Assembly: GCA_009859145.1 (NCBI GenBank)
Contig: VRVR01000029.1
Location: 62,001-126,000, forward strand
Length of the DNA stretch: 64,000 bases
Reading direction: 5' to 3'
Origin: Andalucia godoyi And28
Taxonomy: Eukaryota; Protista; Jakobida
Of this stretch, positions 42,053 to 53,369 are shown piece by piece (position 1 is the first letter of the stretch; each line of letters opens with the position of its first letter). A program made the position numbers and the translations under genes. Below the pieces are notes generated by a model. It did no database searches and had not been told where the DNA came from. It was given only the letters and a program-made list of their open reading frames with translations.

Positions 42053-42673
42053 CCGACGAATAACAACACGCCATTGTCATGCATACAGAAGCATCCATAA
42101 ACAGACACGGTCAATACTGGCCGACACTAGCACGTTTGTTTCATAGGAATTCGTGCTTACGCGTAGCCATCTATCATTCGTTCAGCGCACTGCCAGGAGG
42201 CGACCTTCCAAGACACGATCTCCAGTCCCCAGCACACAGGGTAGCCAACCCCAAGCAGAAGCCTCAGGGACCGTCTCTTGCAGAACCCGTGGTTTTCTGC
42301 TACGACGCACCAGGCGCAGTCGCAGTCGCAAAACCCCACCGTCTTCCTACCGCCTCTTCCTACTCTCGTATCTCCCTCCAGCTGCATCAATCGCGCTACA
42401 ACTGAGGACACGAAAGAGCGCCTGCTGCTAGGGCCGTCAGCATCAAAATGCACCCTTCTCAGGAACAACGCGTCACGCTGAAAAAGTGACTGTGTGCGGA
42501 GTACGACATCATCCTGCTTCCGAAGTTTGGGACCTCTCAGATGGTACTCAAACGTCATCGTCGAACCCGTTGCAAGACTGCGCGTCAGATGCTGACGTGG
42601 GGCCACTACCAATTCCAGCAACGTTTGCTCCATAATGTCCGTAGATATGCATGTTCAGTGTATAATGTAGGCG
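42053..42673 (+). mobile_element. Internally deleted IS607/Fanzor2 element, family 1, copy C
   Basis: Homologous ends with copy A. Contains in order: TnpA-like RVAIY...GDLPRHDLQ, TVSCRTRG, Fanzor2 QNPWFS, RAVSIKMHPSQEQRVTLKK* in frame with LCAEYDIILLPKFGTSQMVLKRHRRTRCKTARQMLTWGHYQFQQRLLH, then the last ~35 nt of the right end. Confidence 0.9.
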
Positions 42674-43106
42674 ACGAGGAGAAAAGCAAAGAACAAGCGG
42701 CGCCAGTCACTCCCGCAATCTCTCGTTGTAACTCGTGACTTGTAAGCACAAACACCGGGTAGACGAAGCTCTTTGAATCATGCGAGCAGACTGCGACGGC
42801 GGGAGGAAGCATCCAGCTTGGGCGCTGCTGCGTGCTGCGGATAGGAACTTTGCTTCTGCGCATTTGCTGGTTCGCATTTCCTTTCGGGAAATGGGCGGCA
42901 GGAAATTCTCTGCGAACTCCCGTGAACATCCAGCAGTGGGCAATGGGCAGTGTCGTCCTGTGTGCGTGCTCTATAAAAGCTGTTACATTACTAGCACACA
43001 CACACACACACACACACATGTCTTTTTTCTTTTTTTTTCGTTCTCTTTACTTTGTAAAAACTCCTTCGCTTCCACGCACTCATCATTCTTCAAATCATCA
43101 TCCCCC

Positions 43107-44426
43107 ATGAAGCAGACTGCGGCCAAGGTGGACGTAGAAGCCGAATTTCTTTTGATGCAACCTCCCAGTGATCGCAGCACACTGGCAAACGCCGCCATGA
43201 TGATTGCATTCTCCCTGCTGTGCATTGCCGGAGGAGTCATGCAGAACGTTGCACTGAACTTCTGGATCCAGAACTTCATAGACAATGAGCGTGGCGGCAT
43301 CTTCACAATTCTCATATCGTCTTCGCTGTTCTACGTTGTCTTCTTCGTCTCTTGCTTCCTCGCGGTGGCCGCGTGTGTGAAGGAAAGGCTTGTTCTTCGG
43401 CGCATCACACGCGAAGCGGTTGCATGCATCCTCAACATTGGAATGTTCGATGCTCTGAATGGGGTGCTTGCGGTCTTCTCCACACCGTACGTGCCGCAGC
43501 TTCTGCAGATCATTTTCGCAGCAATGTCCTCTGTGTTCACAGTGATTCTTTCGCCTGTCTTGATGTACAAGGCACGGTCGTTCCATGACTCATCTGCAGC
43601 GGCCACCGACGACCCACGCACCACCGTCTCGACAAGCGAAAAGAAGAGATCATCCGCGCTTGCACCCTTGCAAACAATCTGCTCAATGGTGCTTCTCATC
43701 GGGGCGTGCCTGGTAGTTGCAATTCCTCATTTCAGCGAAGGCACATCGTCCGACACCGCGAACGGATCCATTTCCTCAGCAGACCGCACGCGCTGGAGCC
43801 TTATTTTCATCGCAGCCTTTCTCCCTGGAGCCGTGTACAACATTCTGCAATCGCGCGTTCTTCTCATCACTGGTTTTGACCACCGCGAGCCCGAGGCCCG
43901 CTGCAACAAGTGGGAAACCGTACTTGCGAATCTCGCTGTTCTCGCTGGCGGATGCATCAGCCAACTTCTCTTCATGTTTGTCTTTTTCCCTCTGGACTGG
44001 GCCCCGTGGTTCGGCGAGTTCTCCTCCGAGTCCCAAGCCACCACCGGTCTTCGCGAGGGTCTGCAGTGCGTGACGCAGTGTCCCGGAAACTTTGCCTATT
44101 TCTTCGTCTTCAACTTTGGATACACGCTGTCGTACGTCGGTTCGCAGTATCTGAACGTCATGTCGCCCAGCTTTTGCTCGCTTGTAGCCCAGCTCGTCAC
44201 GCCCATATCCGCCATGTTCCTCCTTGCAGTGCCCGCTTGGAACATTCACAAGGAATCCATCCATCTCGCATACATTGCTGCATCGCTCGTGCTCATCCTT
44301 CTCTCCACCGCTCTCTATGCCTTTGCACACGCGAAAGACCTCGTCGAAACTTTCACAAAACCAAAATCATCACACTCTCACACAGACCTCTCATCCCAGT
44401 CAAAACCCCTTCTCCCTCCCATCTAG
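43107..44426 (+). CDS. CRT-like (chloroquine-resistance-transporter family) DMT transporter
   Basis: About 10 TMs. LNIGMFDALNGVLAVFSTPYVPQLLQIIF, GLREGLQCVTQCPG and FFVFNFGY match CRT/CLT-family patterns. ATG 43107. Confidence 0.72.
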   Translation: MKQTAAKVDVEAEFLLMQPPSDRSTLANAAMMIAFSLLCIAGGVMQNVALNFWIQNFIDNERGGIFTILISSSLFYVVFFVSCFLAVAACVKERLVLRRITREAVACILNIGMFDALNGVLAVFSTPYVPQLLQIIFAAMSSVFTVILSPVLMYKARSFHDSSAAATDDPRTTVSTSEKKRSSALAPLQTICSMVLLIGACLVVAIPHFSEGTSSDTANGSISSADRTRWSLIFIAAFLPGAVYNILQSRVLLITGFDHREPEARCNKWETVLANLAVLAGGCISQLLFMFVFFPLDWAPWFGEFSSESQATTGLREGLQCVTQCPGNFAYFFVFNFGYTLSYVGSQYLNVMSPSFCSLVAQLVTPISAMFLLAVPAWNIHKESIHLAYIAASLVLILLSTALYAFAHAKDLVETFTKPKSSHSHTDLSSQSKPLLPPI

Positions 44427-44775
44427 GCCATAAAGCGCAATCCCCCCAAAAATGCACTGCATATTATTTATTAGTTTTAAACTGAAAAATACGGAAAGAA
44501 AGAGATAAGTATTCTCAAAAACACTGCACAGCGATCGGAGACACGAGTTTGCACAGCGGACTCAAAGACATGCGGTTCAAGGTTGAGGTCTCATAAGACC
44601 CCGTTTCTCACATATCGAGGATGATTCGGATTCTATCCAACGCATCAAAGTCCCCCTCCATGTTCGCTGAAACAGTCTAGTCCAAGAGCCTCGATTGGGA
44701 AAACCTCCGACAAATAGTTGAACTGTCTTTGACTTTTGAACTGCTTTTTAATGTTTTTGACTTTTGCGATCGTGA

Positions 44776-44806
<31 letters not shown>

Positions 44807-44884
44807 CTTTTCCTCGCTTCTCTTGAATTATATATACATATACATACACACATATTCTTTCGACTTGTTGAGTGGGAGAGGACA

Positions 44885-46423
44885 ATGCTACTACCTTCCG
44901 ACGGGCTTGATGAGCCTCTGGTGTCTCGTCGAGTTCGAGAATACACACCCCCTTCACTCCAAAATTCTCGAGTTCGTCATATGACAGACAGCGTATTTCT
45001 CCTGTTGTTTCTTACGTCACTCGTTGTGCTACTGTGTCTTTTTGCAAGTACGTTTTCCCGTGCGCGTCCGTCCCGGCAACCTCATGGCGCGCATGAAAAC
45101 GGGCTGACAAACAGCCTGTATGCACTGCGGTCGGATATGCTGCTGGTCTGCTCTACAACAGCCATTGTGCTGCTCTTGGCGTACATCTGGGTGTCGCTGC
45201 TTGCGTACCATCCAATAGCCGTAGTCCACACCTCGATCTTTGCGGCAATCGTGTTCGTCTATGCAGTCGCGACCTATGCTCTGCTATACGCACACTTGGC
45301 CATTGCCCTCCCTCTCTACACCCTCGGCTCCGCTCTCCTGGCTGCCGTCCTTGCGCTGCGCCACCGCATTGCGTTTGCCTGCGTGCTGATCCGCCAGGCA
45401 TGTGGAGCCATCAAGCACAGGAACCAAGCCACGACGTTGCTCCTCAACATCGCTCCGATCCTCATCACCGCCTTCCTGATCACCACGGCACTCATCATCA
45501 TCACCGCCGTATCGATCTATGCGGTCCCTGGAGCGGACTCTCTGCGGTATTCTCTGCTCTTCCTTCTATTTGAGTACTTTTGGATCGCAAATGTCCTCCT
45601 CGCGGTCTTTCAAGTCACCGTCGCAGCCGCCGTCTCCGCCCATCTCTACGACGAGAACCACCAAACTCTTCCGCTGTACCATCATGACAACAGTAGCACC
45701 AGGGGCGGTGGTGGGGAAGTGGAGGAATCGGAGGATGAAGCAAGGGGGAAAAGGCAGAGGATATGGGAGGCTTTTACGACGGCAGTGACGTACAACGCGG
45801 GGACAGTGTGCTTTGCTGGGCTTGTGCTGGCGATTGTGTCCACAGTGACGGTCGTTCTGCGGATTGTGGTGTACGTGCGGACCAAAACGAGTGGAATGGG
45901 CGTTGCAAAGGGAACTGCAGTGGGTACAGCCGTGGGAGATGGTGTCCAGCGTGTGCTGGAGGTGTCGGTTGTCGTGCTCGAGGCGGTGCGAGATGCACTG
46001 GATGTTGCCTCTGGATTCGCAATGGTGTATGTAGGAATGTACGGGCTTGGGCTGCGAGATGCCGCAAGCCAGGTGCACAGATTAGCAACGCAGGCTGGCT
46101 GCCAGGCGCTCGTTACCTACTCGGTTGCGTCGTTTGTCTTGTTCTGCGGTGAACTCGTCGGAATGTGCGTGGCGCTCTTCCTCACCGTCCGTGCACAAGC
46201 ATCCATCACGACCGTGTTGCTTTGTGTCTTTGTCGCATTCGTAGTCTTTCGAACACTTTCTCACGCAGTCCGAATCGCGGCCGACACCGTCCTGGTCTGC
46301 TACATGGAAGACGTGGAGCGCTTGAAGGACATCCTCATGCCTGGGAAAACATACTCCATTGGTCCAGAGGTCCACGAGGCTGTCATCCAGGCAAAACTCG
46401 CAATCGAGGCATCCTCCTTCTAG
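44885..46423 (+). CDS. Choline transporter-like (SLC44/CTL/PNS1) protein
   Basis: TDSVFLLLF, RHRIAFACVLIRQACGAI, YFWIANVLLAV, YNAGTVCFAGLVL and DTVLVCYMED. Confidence 0.85.
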   Translation: MLLPSDGLDEPLVSRRVREYTPPSLQNSRVRHMTDSVFLLLFLTSLVVLLCLFASTFSRARPSRQPHGAHENGLTNSLYALRSDMLLVCSTTAIVLLLAYIWVSLLAYHPIAVVHTSIFAAIVFVYAVATYALLYAHLAIALPLYTLGSALLAAVLALRHRIAFACVLIRQACGAIKHRNQATTLLLNIAPILITAFLITTALIIITAVSIYAVPGADSLRYSLLFLLFEYFWIANVLLAVFQVTVAAAVSAHLYDENHQTLPLYHHDNSSTRGGGGEVEESEDEARGKRQRIWEAFTTAVTYNAGTVCFAGLVLAIVSTVTVVLRIVVYVRTKTSGMGVAKGTAVGTAVGDGVQRVLEVSVVVLEAVRDALDVASGFAMVYVGMYGLGLRDAASQVHRLATQAGCQALVTYSVASFVLFCGELVGMCVALFLTVRAQASITTVLLCVFVAFVVFRTLSHAVRIAADTVLVCYMEDVERLKDILMPGKTYSIGPEVHEAVIQAKLAIEASSF

Positions 46424-47443
46424 ATTTCTCTCTTCTCCCTCTCTCTCTCCTCGCACACAGAGTCGTATCTCTTCTTTCATGTATCTATACAGCCGTCCTG
46501 GCGTTCGCACACCGAGCAGGTTTGATTCACATCTCTAGGTTCGGGCCATTTGAAATTTCATTTTGCAATCTAAAATAATAATAAAATCACAACATCGCTC
46601 ACCACAGTACACTATATTCTTTTAAACCCCTGGCAAGCAAGTCAGCCTCGTCATCCATCGTGCTGCATGCATACGCAAACCACGTCTCGCCCTCCAAAAA
46701 TCCAGATGCTCCAACTTGTTGTCCGACACAAGACTGACTGTGGATAGGTCAGCAATGATTAGCCGTGCTTCGAGTACTACGTATGCGTCCGACACGTGAG
46801 AAACACCATTTTAAAAAACTTCAACACACAAAGCGAAAGAAGAGGGGGGGAAGTAACAAGGAGGAGAACTGCTTCAGAATCAGTGTTATTGAAACAGTGC
46901 AATCACAGAGGAAACAAATTCCCAAAACGAGAACAAGCTTCCATGAAATCAGCTGACGCGCATGAATAATGAAAAACTGTATCATCACCACAATTTCCTC
47001 CCCGATCGCCCTCACAAGAAGAAGAATAAACGCTGAAGACGTTAAAAAAACCTCCACATACAATCTCAGCCCTCTATCATACACGTAATAGAAATGTAAA
47101 GAAAAACACAAAAAGCGTCCGAGAACACAAGCAAGTCGCAAAACTCAAATATTAACAAATTATTCTTTTTCCTTTCAAAAAAAACCATGCGAATTAACAG
47201 CCTTTTTAAGGCTGGCAAATGGGTGCATTTCAGAGTTCAGATGGGTGGAATATATAATCACGTAGGATAAAATATTTTGTTATCAGACGGCTCTTCCACA
47301 GTATCATCATTCTCTTTTGTCCATCTCGTCTCCATCTGCAAACCTGCTCAACGACAACAGCAGCAACAGAAAGAGAAGGGGGGAAAGAGGGGGACGGGAA
47401 ACGCGTGTTTTCCAAACATGCATTTGAAAGGAGAAAAAGAAAG

Positions 47444-47599
<156 letters not shown>

Positions 47600-48029
47600 T
47601 TAAAACAGCAAGAATCGCACATACCTCTTCACGCCATACCAGACAGCTCGGCCAGGCTCTCTGAAAAGGCCTTCAATCGAAGATTAAATAACAACAATAA
47701 AAGCAAAACCCAAATCGGTGCAAAGCGAAAGAAAGCGACAAAAGCCGTAAAAGATCGCATGTTTTTATTTGATGATATCCGGTTTTGTATTTTGCACCAA
47801 CCCTAAAGCTGAATTTCCATGACGACCGTTAACGCAAAAAAAAAAATTTAAAAAACGGAGATTCTTCCGGTTTCTCTTCCAATTCCCCGATTTCTCCCGA
47901 TTTCTTCGGATTCTCCAAATCTCTTCTTTACCTCTACTTCATTTGTTTTGTTTTTTATTCATTGACATATTTTTTTTCTGTTTTTCTTTTTTCATATGCA
48001 TACACTGGTTTAAAGGAAGAAAAGAAAGA

Positions 48030-48731
48030 ATGTCGGTCGTAGCGTTGGTGGATCAGCGAGTATGTCTAATGCGAAATGAGCTTTCGCGGGTGCGATCGCA
48101 CTTGGACACATGGCTTTCGAACCAGCGGCGTACGGTGGATCACACTCTTGAGATGCACAAGCGACACATGAGCATTTCAAAGGAGCAGCTTGAATCGCTG
48201 ATGGTTGAGCATGAGCAACTCTCGCAGCAGGCGGCGGCACTGCGGGCGCAGATCGAAGGGGAACAGAAGGTGCAGAATGAGATTGGTGAGAGTGTGCGAC
48301 GGGCAGAAAAGGGCTGGCAGGACGTCCAGAGTCAGGTGATGCTAGCGGAGAAGGAAAACGAAAGAGAGCTGGCTGTCGTACGGACCGAGGCAGACCGCAT
48401 TGACGGACTGGAGCGCGAGGTGGAGTACAAAACGGAGAATTTGCGATCGGGTCTTAAGTTCTACGAGGAGTTCATGGGCATCCGATTGGGCTCGGAACAG
48501 GTTCCCGATGTCGGCACAGTCGCCACCATCTACCTCTCGAAAATCGATCCTCGAAACCCAAAGTCGCAAGCCACATTCACAATCATCTTTGCAAACTCGG
48601 GCGAATACAGACTCCATGATTCCTCTCCGCGGCTTTCGAATGCTGCAGAGCTCGTACAGACGTTCGGCAAGCAACGCGATTTCGGCGCATTCGTCCGAGC
48701 CGTCCGCAAGGAATTTCGAAAGCTTTATTGA
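48030..48731 (+). CDS. SPC25: Kinetochore Ndc80-complex subunit Spc25
   Basis: Coiled coil followed by an RWD head: FYEEFMGIRL...IDPRNPKSQATFTI...YRLHDSSPRL...DFGAFVRAVRKEF. Confidence 0.85.
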   Translation: MSVVALVDQRVCLMRNELSRVRSHLDTWLSNQRRTVDHTLEMHKRHMSISKEQLESLMVEHEQLSQQAAALRAQIEGEQKVQNEIGESVRRAEKGWQDVQSQVMLAEKENERELAVVRTEADRIDGLEREVEYKTENLRSGLKFYEEFMGIRLGSEQVPDVGTVATIYLSKIDPRNPKSQATFTIIFANSGEYRLHDSSPRLSNAAELVQTFGKQRDFGAFVRAVRKEFRKLY

Positions 48732-48822
48732 AGCAGCCTTGTATTGAATCGGCGCAATACTGTATTGTTTTATGAAATTACCATTCCTTAAATGCTAATC
48801 TTGTCTTTTTTTTTCTTTTTTT

Positions 48823-48826
48823 TCTC

Positions 48827-48886
<60 letters not shown>
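48823..48886. repeat. (CT)n(GT)n compound microsatellite
   Basis: Directly visible. Confidence 0.9.
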
Positions 48887-49154
48887 ATCTGTTGCGCTTC
48901 CTTTTCCTTCTCTGACTGTCTGCTTCCTTTTTTGGGCTGCTAACTAACTGTTGTACTCCGCGTCCGAACACGACGTTTGTTTTCTACGATCGCTGCACGG
49001 TTTGTGGTTTTGTTCTTCACCTTTTGCATTTGATTTGGGATCCGACACACATCTGAAAAAACCAAGAGAGACGCGCAGACACAAACAGACGCACAGGCAG
49101 AGGCACAGGCAGAGGTACAGGCAGAGGTACAGACAGAGACAGAGGCGCGAATTA

Positions 49155-51908
49155 ATGGAGAATGAAAAGAATGCGACTGCGCTTCTTTTTGTGCTTCCTG
49201 AAGGAAAATGCATGCATATATCCCACATTCGTCCGTTTATCGAACTCATCGTCTCTCTGCACTCGGGCGGCACCGTGCCCGTCGCGAATAGTTCCTTTTC
49301 GTTATCGCCTGCTTCTACTGTGACATCTGCAACAATGCCTTCCTCTTCCACAACGTTCTCATCATTACTATCGTCTTCGGTGTCGGCGTCGAGTGCTTGT
49401 TCATCCTTGCTTCCGCTATGTGAGCAAACAAGTGCGGTAAAGATTGGGTTTCAGACGCGGTCCAGAATTTCGCGGACATGGTATACGTCCTCTTCCTACT
49501 CTGCAGCACTCGAGTCATGTTTAGCGAAATACGCAGGGCTTCCTCGACGGCCAACTGCGCGTTTCTCTGATTTGGTGCTAGATGTTGCGGCCGTTGCACA
49601 GCATCCTATTCACACTGTCCATGTGTTTTTGTTTGATGTAACTGGCATCGATTGGGATGATTCCCAGCTGGTTCGCATCCAGAAGTCATCTAAAAATCTC
49701 GTCTTCAACATTGTCACTTCATCTGCATCGACGTCCGCATCCGCATCGGCGTTGGCGCTGGGTTCGGAGTCGATGGTGGAAATGGAAACGGAATTGATGA
49801 GCGTGGCTGCGAGAAAAACACTGCCGATCGGTATTCGGGTGCTGCCAATCACATTGTATAAGGCGTCGCTTCCTGGGTTGTTTTACGAATTCTTCTCTCG
49901 GACTCCGAGTAATGGGCAGTCGACGCCGGCGAGCAAAATCTCTACTGCGAACGCAAGGACATCCGCCAAGAACGTACCTAAAAGCCATGGAAACGTCAAT
50001 CACGTGAAGGAGAAGAAGATGATGACACCTAGGGTCGCGTACTGTGTGTGGGATACGTTCAGGGTCGTTACAGTGTTTGGGTCAAAGTCGCGAATTGAAA
50101 TGGGCAACCGCGACGATGCAATGCGGCTTGAGGGCCGGGCATACATATCAATGCAAAACGTGTTGATGTGGAGTTCCATGGTGGAGATAGTCGACTTTGT
50201 GATTTGCACCGCTGACGACGACCGGTTTCCTGAAGATGACGATGACAGTCGTGATGGCGCGCGGGCTGTCAAGACTGAACATGAACACCACGAGAAGGGT
50301 ACGGAAGAAATTTTGGAGGGAAGCGATTTGGCATTGACGATGCAGAATGAAGTGGTGGAGTTCAACCGATTGCTGATGCGGAAAAATGCGGCGCATCTGT
50401 GCAGTGTGTACCAGGATCCGTATGTGTGGGTACCCATGTCCGAGACGATGGCCGCAGTCATTCGCATTGGTATTGACTTTGATGTACTCGACGCACACGC
50501 AGTCGGCTCGCTCGTGGAAATCGAAGCCACTGGAAGCGGGACGATCAGTGGCAATGCACTCGTTTCCGTGTTGTACGATGATTCTCCGATTGCGGTGGCC
50601 GCGCTGCGTGATGCGCAACGAAACCAAAAACAGAGGTATCTTCTTGAACTATTGCAGAATGCAGCGCACGAAGAAACAAGTCTGGGACAACGACAAACAG
50701 CTGCTGCTGCTGCTGCATCACAGAAAAGCGCAACAGATACCCAGGAATTGTCCGAGTTTGTGATTGGTGGAGCGGCTCTGGGGTCTGAAGAGTTGTTTTG
50801 GGCAAAGTACTGCACGTATTGCTCAGGAAATCTTGATGCACATCGTGTGTTAGAAGTGCTCCCAGAGAGTCCAGAACGATTTTTGCTCACCTCGCACGAA
50901 CTGCTGATCAAGTACACAGACGGGGTGTTGGACCGTGTATTTGCGAGCGTTGTGGAGCAAGTCAAGTACCGGATTCCGTGTTTTCAAAGCAGTCAAAAGA
51001 ATGTTGTGAACGAAACACGAGTCAAAGAATCTTTCTTGCAGGCTGTTCTTCGGTTCGAAGTGGCCCTCCGGGCGGGCTCGCTGTTGAAACGGTCCGACGA
51101 AAAGCATATTTTCAACGTGCTTCGTGATGTCAAGTACGTGGTATCGGATTCGGACGTGGACTTCCGTTCGCTCCAAGATCTGTTTATGCATACCGTTATT
51201 CCTCGATATGATGGAAAATACCGAGAATCCATTCGACGAATATGGAGCATGATGAGCATTACGCCATCGTCACGACTTTTGGAAGCATTAACCAGCGGTG
51301 TCAGCGCTTCGATGGCCCCAATACTGTTGCCAGAGGTGGCAGCGCCGCCGTCCGCCACAAGGACTGGGAGTAAATCCATCGACACTCCGCAGTCTGCGAA
51401 TCTGACAGTGGATCTCAGGGCTTCTCGCCAGCTCCAGCAGACAGCAATCACCACAAATCGGTTTGCACGAACGGACATGAAACGCACGATCACTATGGGG
51501 AAGCCACTCAAGAGACCGTTGGATGGAAAATCTTCCTCAAAAGGACGTTCCTCGACCAAGGAACCGCGGATTCAGAATCCGAAGGCCATCCGTATCATTC
51601 GGCGCGCAGAGGATATGGAGGTCTCCTCCTCGGCGACTCTTCTTCGTTCCCAGTCATCGTTTCGATCCGTTTCACATGTTACGACAGAGCAACGTTACCC
51701 GTCGCATCCAGACGATGCACCGACTTCTGACTCAGAAATGAGCGAGAACAACGAACCACGTTCTGGAAGTGGTGGTGGAGCATGGGACAATATGCTGGAT
51801 TCTTACGATGATGATAATAATGATGAGAACGATGAAGTGAAAGAACAAAAACAGGAGGTAGAAGAAGAAGAGGAAGGGGACAACGAGCCTTGCCGCGACG
51901 TTCGCTAA
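49155..51908 (+). CDS. TICRR: Probable Treslin/TICRR/Sld3 replication-initiation factor
   Basis: VKESFLQAVLRFEV...LRDVKYV...LQDLFMHTVIPRYDGKYRESIRRIWSMM resembles the Sld3/Treslin domain (human VRECQLQVFLRLEM...), followed by an S/T-P-containing basic tail. Start uncertain. Confidence 0.58.
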   Translation: MENEKNATALLFVLPEGKCMHISHIRPFIELIVSLHSGGTVPVANSSFSLSPASTVTSATMPSSSTTFSSLLSSSVSASSACSSLLPLCEQTSAVKIGFQTRSRISRTWYTSSSYSAALESCLAKYAGLPRRPTARFSDLVLDVAAVAQHPIHTVHVFLFDVTGIDWDDSQLVRIQKSSKNLVFNIVTSSASTSASASALALGSESMVEMETELMSVAARKTLPIGIRVLPITLYKASLPGLFYEFFSRTPSNGQSTPASKISTANARTSAKNVPKSHGNVNHVKEKKMMTPRVAYCVWDTFRVVTVFGSKSRIEMGNRDDAMRLEGRAYISMQNVLMWSSMVEIVDFVICTADDDRFPEDDDDSRDGARAVKTEHEHHEKGTEEILEGSDLALTMQNEVVEFNRLLMRKNAAHLCSVYQDPYVWVPMSETMAAVIRIGIDFDVLDAHAVGSLVEIEATGSGTISGNALVSVLYDDSPIAVAALRDAQRNQKQRYLLELLQNAAHEETSLGQRQTAAAAAASQKSATDTQELSEFVIGGAALGSEELFWAKYCTYCSGNLDAHRVLEVLPESPERFLLTSHELLIKYTDGVLDRVFASVVEQVKYRIPCFQSSQKNVVNETRVKESFLQAVLRFEVALRAGSLLKRSDEKHIFNVLRDVKYVVSDSDVDFRSLQDLFMHTVIPRYDGKYRESIRRIWSMMSITPSSRLLEALTSGVSASMAPILLPEVAAPPSATRTGSKSIDTPQSANLTVDLRASRQLQQTAITTNRFARTDMKRTITMGKPLKRPLDGKSSSKGRSSTKEPRIQNPKAIRIIRRAEDMEVSSSATLLRSQSSFRSVSHVTTEQRYPSHPDDAPTSDSEMSENNEPRSGSGGGAWDNMLDSYDDDNNDENDEVKEQKQEVEEEEEGDNEPCRDVR

Positions 51909-51962
51909 CATTGGTCTCCTTGTTGAACCACCAGCTTCGTCGCTTTCTTCCTTTTGTTTATT

Positions 51963-53369
51963 CTATTTTGGAGGAACGGATTTCAGAATTTCTCTCTTCT
52001 TTTTGGACCATCGGTCTCCGAGATCGGCCGCTTCGGATGCGTAGCGCTCAAGAAGCTTGAGATCGGCAATCCACTTGACCATCAGCTCGGAAAACTGTAC
52101 AGGATTAGGATGGACGTCTTTTGTGGACTCCAGTAACATGTTGTAAATATGTATTGCAGACAGACGTTCCAGCTTCTCCTTCTCAACGTACTTGAACAAG
52201 AATGAGACCTTTTCAAAATCGCCTTTTCTAGCTGCAAGGAATGAAAGGGAGTTCAGTGGTCTCCTGTGGATCGGCGTTCCGTTTTGCTTGGAACTCTCGG
52301 TGAGGCTCTGAAACAAAGTCCAACACGTGTTCAAAATGTCTGTCGGAGCTCCATTATCGTCGCACAATGTCATCTTATCGAGGAGGTTCTCTTGGAAAAT
52401 CTGATTCAAGACCACCCCATGATCCTTCATCACCTGCACCACGAACGAATCGATATCCTGTACGGAGATCTTTGTGTCGTCCACAGACGATGCAAACCCA
52501 ATCACACTGAGCATCATGCTTCCCGTCTGCGTCGTCGGCACAATCTTGTGTGTGTCAAAGAACCGCGCCGACAGATCCTCGAGCGCCTTTAATCTCCATC
52601 GCTTCTCCACATCTGTGGCCGTTTTTGCAGTGGCTCCGTGGGGGTGGCTGCTGCTGCTGGCTCGAAATGGGGCTGGACTCAGAGACAGTGCCGAAAGAAG
52701 GGCGTGCATGAATCCCAGATCCATCGGCACATTCGCGTGATCTGCTTCGAGCAACAACTTCAACGACTCCTCCCACGGACGGTTCTTTGAAGCAAGGTGG
52801 TTAACATATGACGAATACGACACCGCATCGACCTTCTTCTCGCGTCTCATCTGATTCAGCAGCGCAAATGCCTCCTTCTCACGGTCCGACAGAAAGTACA
52901 TTTGCAGCATTGCGTTCCTCTCCTTTGTTTGCAGATCCGGGAGACCATATTTTCTGCGGTCGTTTTCAATGCAAGTAAGCAGCGATTCCATACGCGCGTC
53001 CCCAATGTCAGAGACCTTGGACGCTCGGACATGCGCAACAATCAGAGCAAGCCGCATGTCGACTGTCGGCACCACTCCAGCGCGCTTTGCATCATTGTAG
53101 ACGGAAAAGGCACGCTTTGCACGGCCGGCCTTTGAACAAAGATCAATGATGCGCTGATACCAAACCGCCTTGTCTAGCGTTGCCGGAAACTTGAAAGACG
53201 CATCGTCATAGACTCTCAGCACAGACTCGAGACTCCTGGTATTCACTCCATCCACAAGCTTTGCAAACAGCGCCGAAGACTCCGCCGTCTTTTTCGAAAC
53301 CGGCTTCGAAGCGACATTCGAAAACAACAACCTTCCAGCTTTGCTCCCAATGACAGACCACCGAAACAT
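51963..53369 (-). CDS. Pentatricopeptide-repeat protein, probably mitochondrial
   Basis: Basic, Ser-rich presequence (MFRWSVIGSKAGRLLFS). PPR-like units WYQRIIDLCSKAGRAKRAFSVYNDAKRAGVVP and RNAMLQMYFLSDREKEAFALLNQMRREKKVDAVSYSSYV. Confidence 0.75.
   Translation of the reverse strand: MFRWSVIGSKAGRLLFSNVASKPVSKKTAESSALFAKLVDGVNTRSLESVLRVYDDASFKFPATLDKAVWYQRIIDLCSKAGRAKRAFSVYNDAKRAGVVPTVDMRLALIVAHVRASKVSDIGDARMESLLTCIENDRRKYGLPDLQTKERNAMLQMYFLSDREKEAFALLNQMRREKKVDAVSYSSYVNHLASKNRPWEESLKLLLEADHANVPMDLGFMHALLSALSLSPAPFRASSSSHPHGATAKTATDVEKRWRLKALEDLSARFFDTHKIVPTTQTGSMMLSVIGFASSVDDTKISVQDIDSFVVQVMKDHGVVLNQIFQENLLDKMTLCDDNGAPTDILNTCWTLFQSLTESSKQNGTPIHRRPLNSLSFLAARKGDFEKVSFLFKYVEKEKLERLSAIHIYNMLLESTKDVHPNPVQFSELMVKWIADLKLLERYASEAADLGDRWSKKKREILKSVPPK

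Noticed and set aside
44617-44670. GAGGATGA...CTGA, resembling a box C/D snoRNA or U3 box C'
   Set aside because: No terminal stem, no recognisable rRNA-complementary guide and no other U3 boxes, so it cannot be supported by eye.
46530-47350. Possible small spliced gene on the minus strand (hydrophobic ORF 46821-47141)
   Set aside because: No consistent exon chain or recognisable motif, and the composition resembles AT-rich spacer or UTR.
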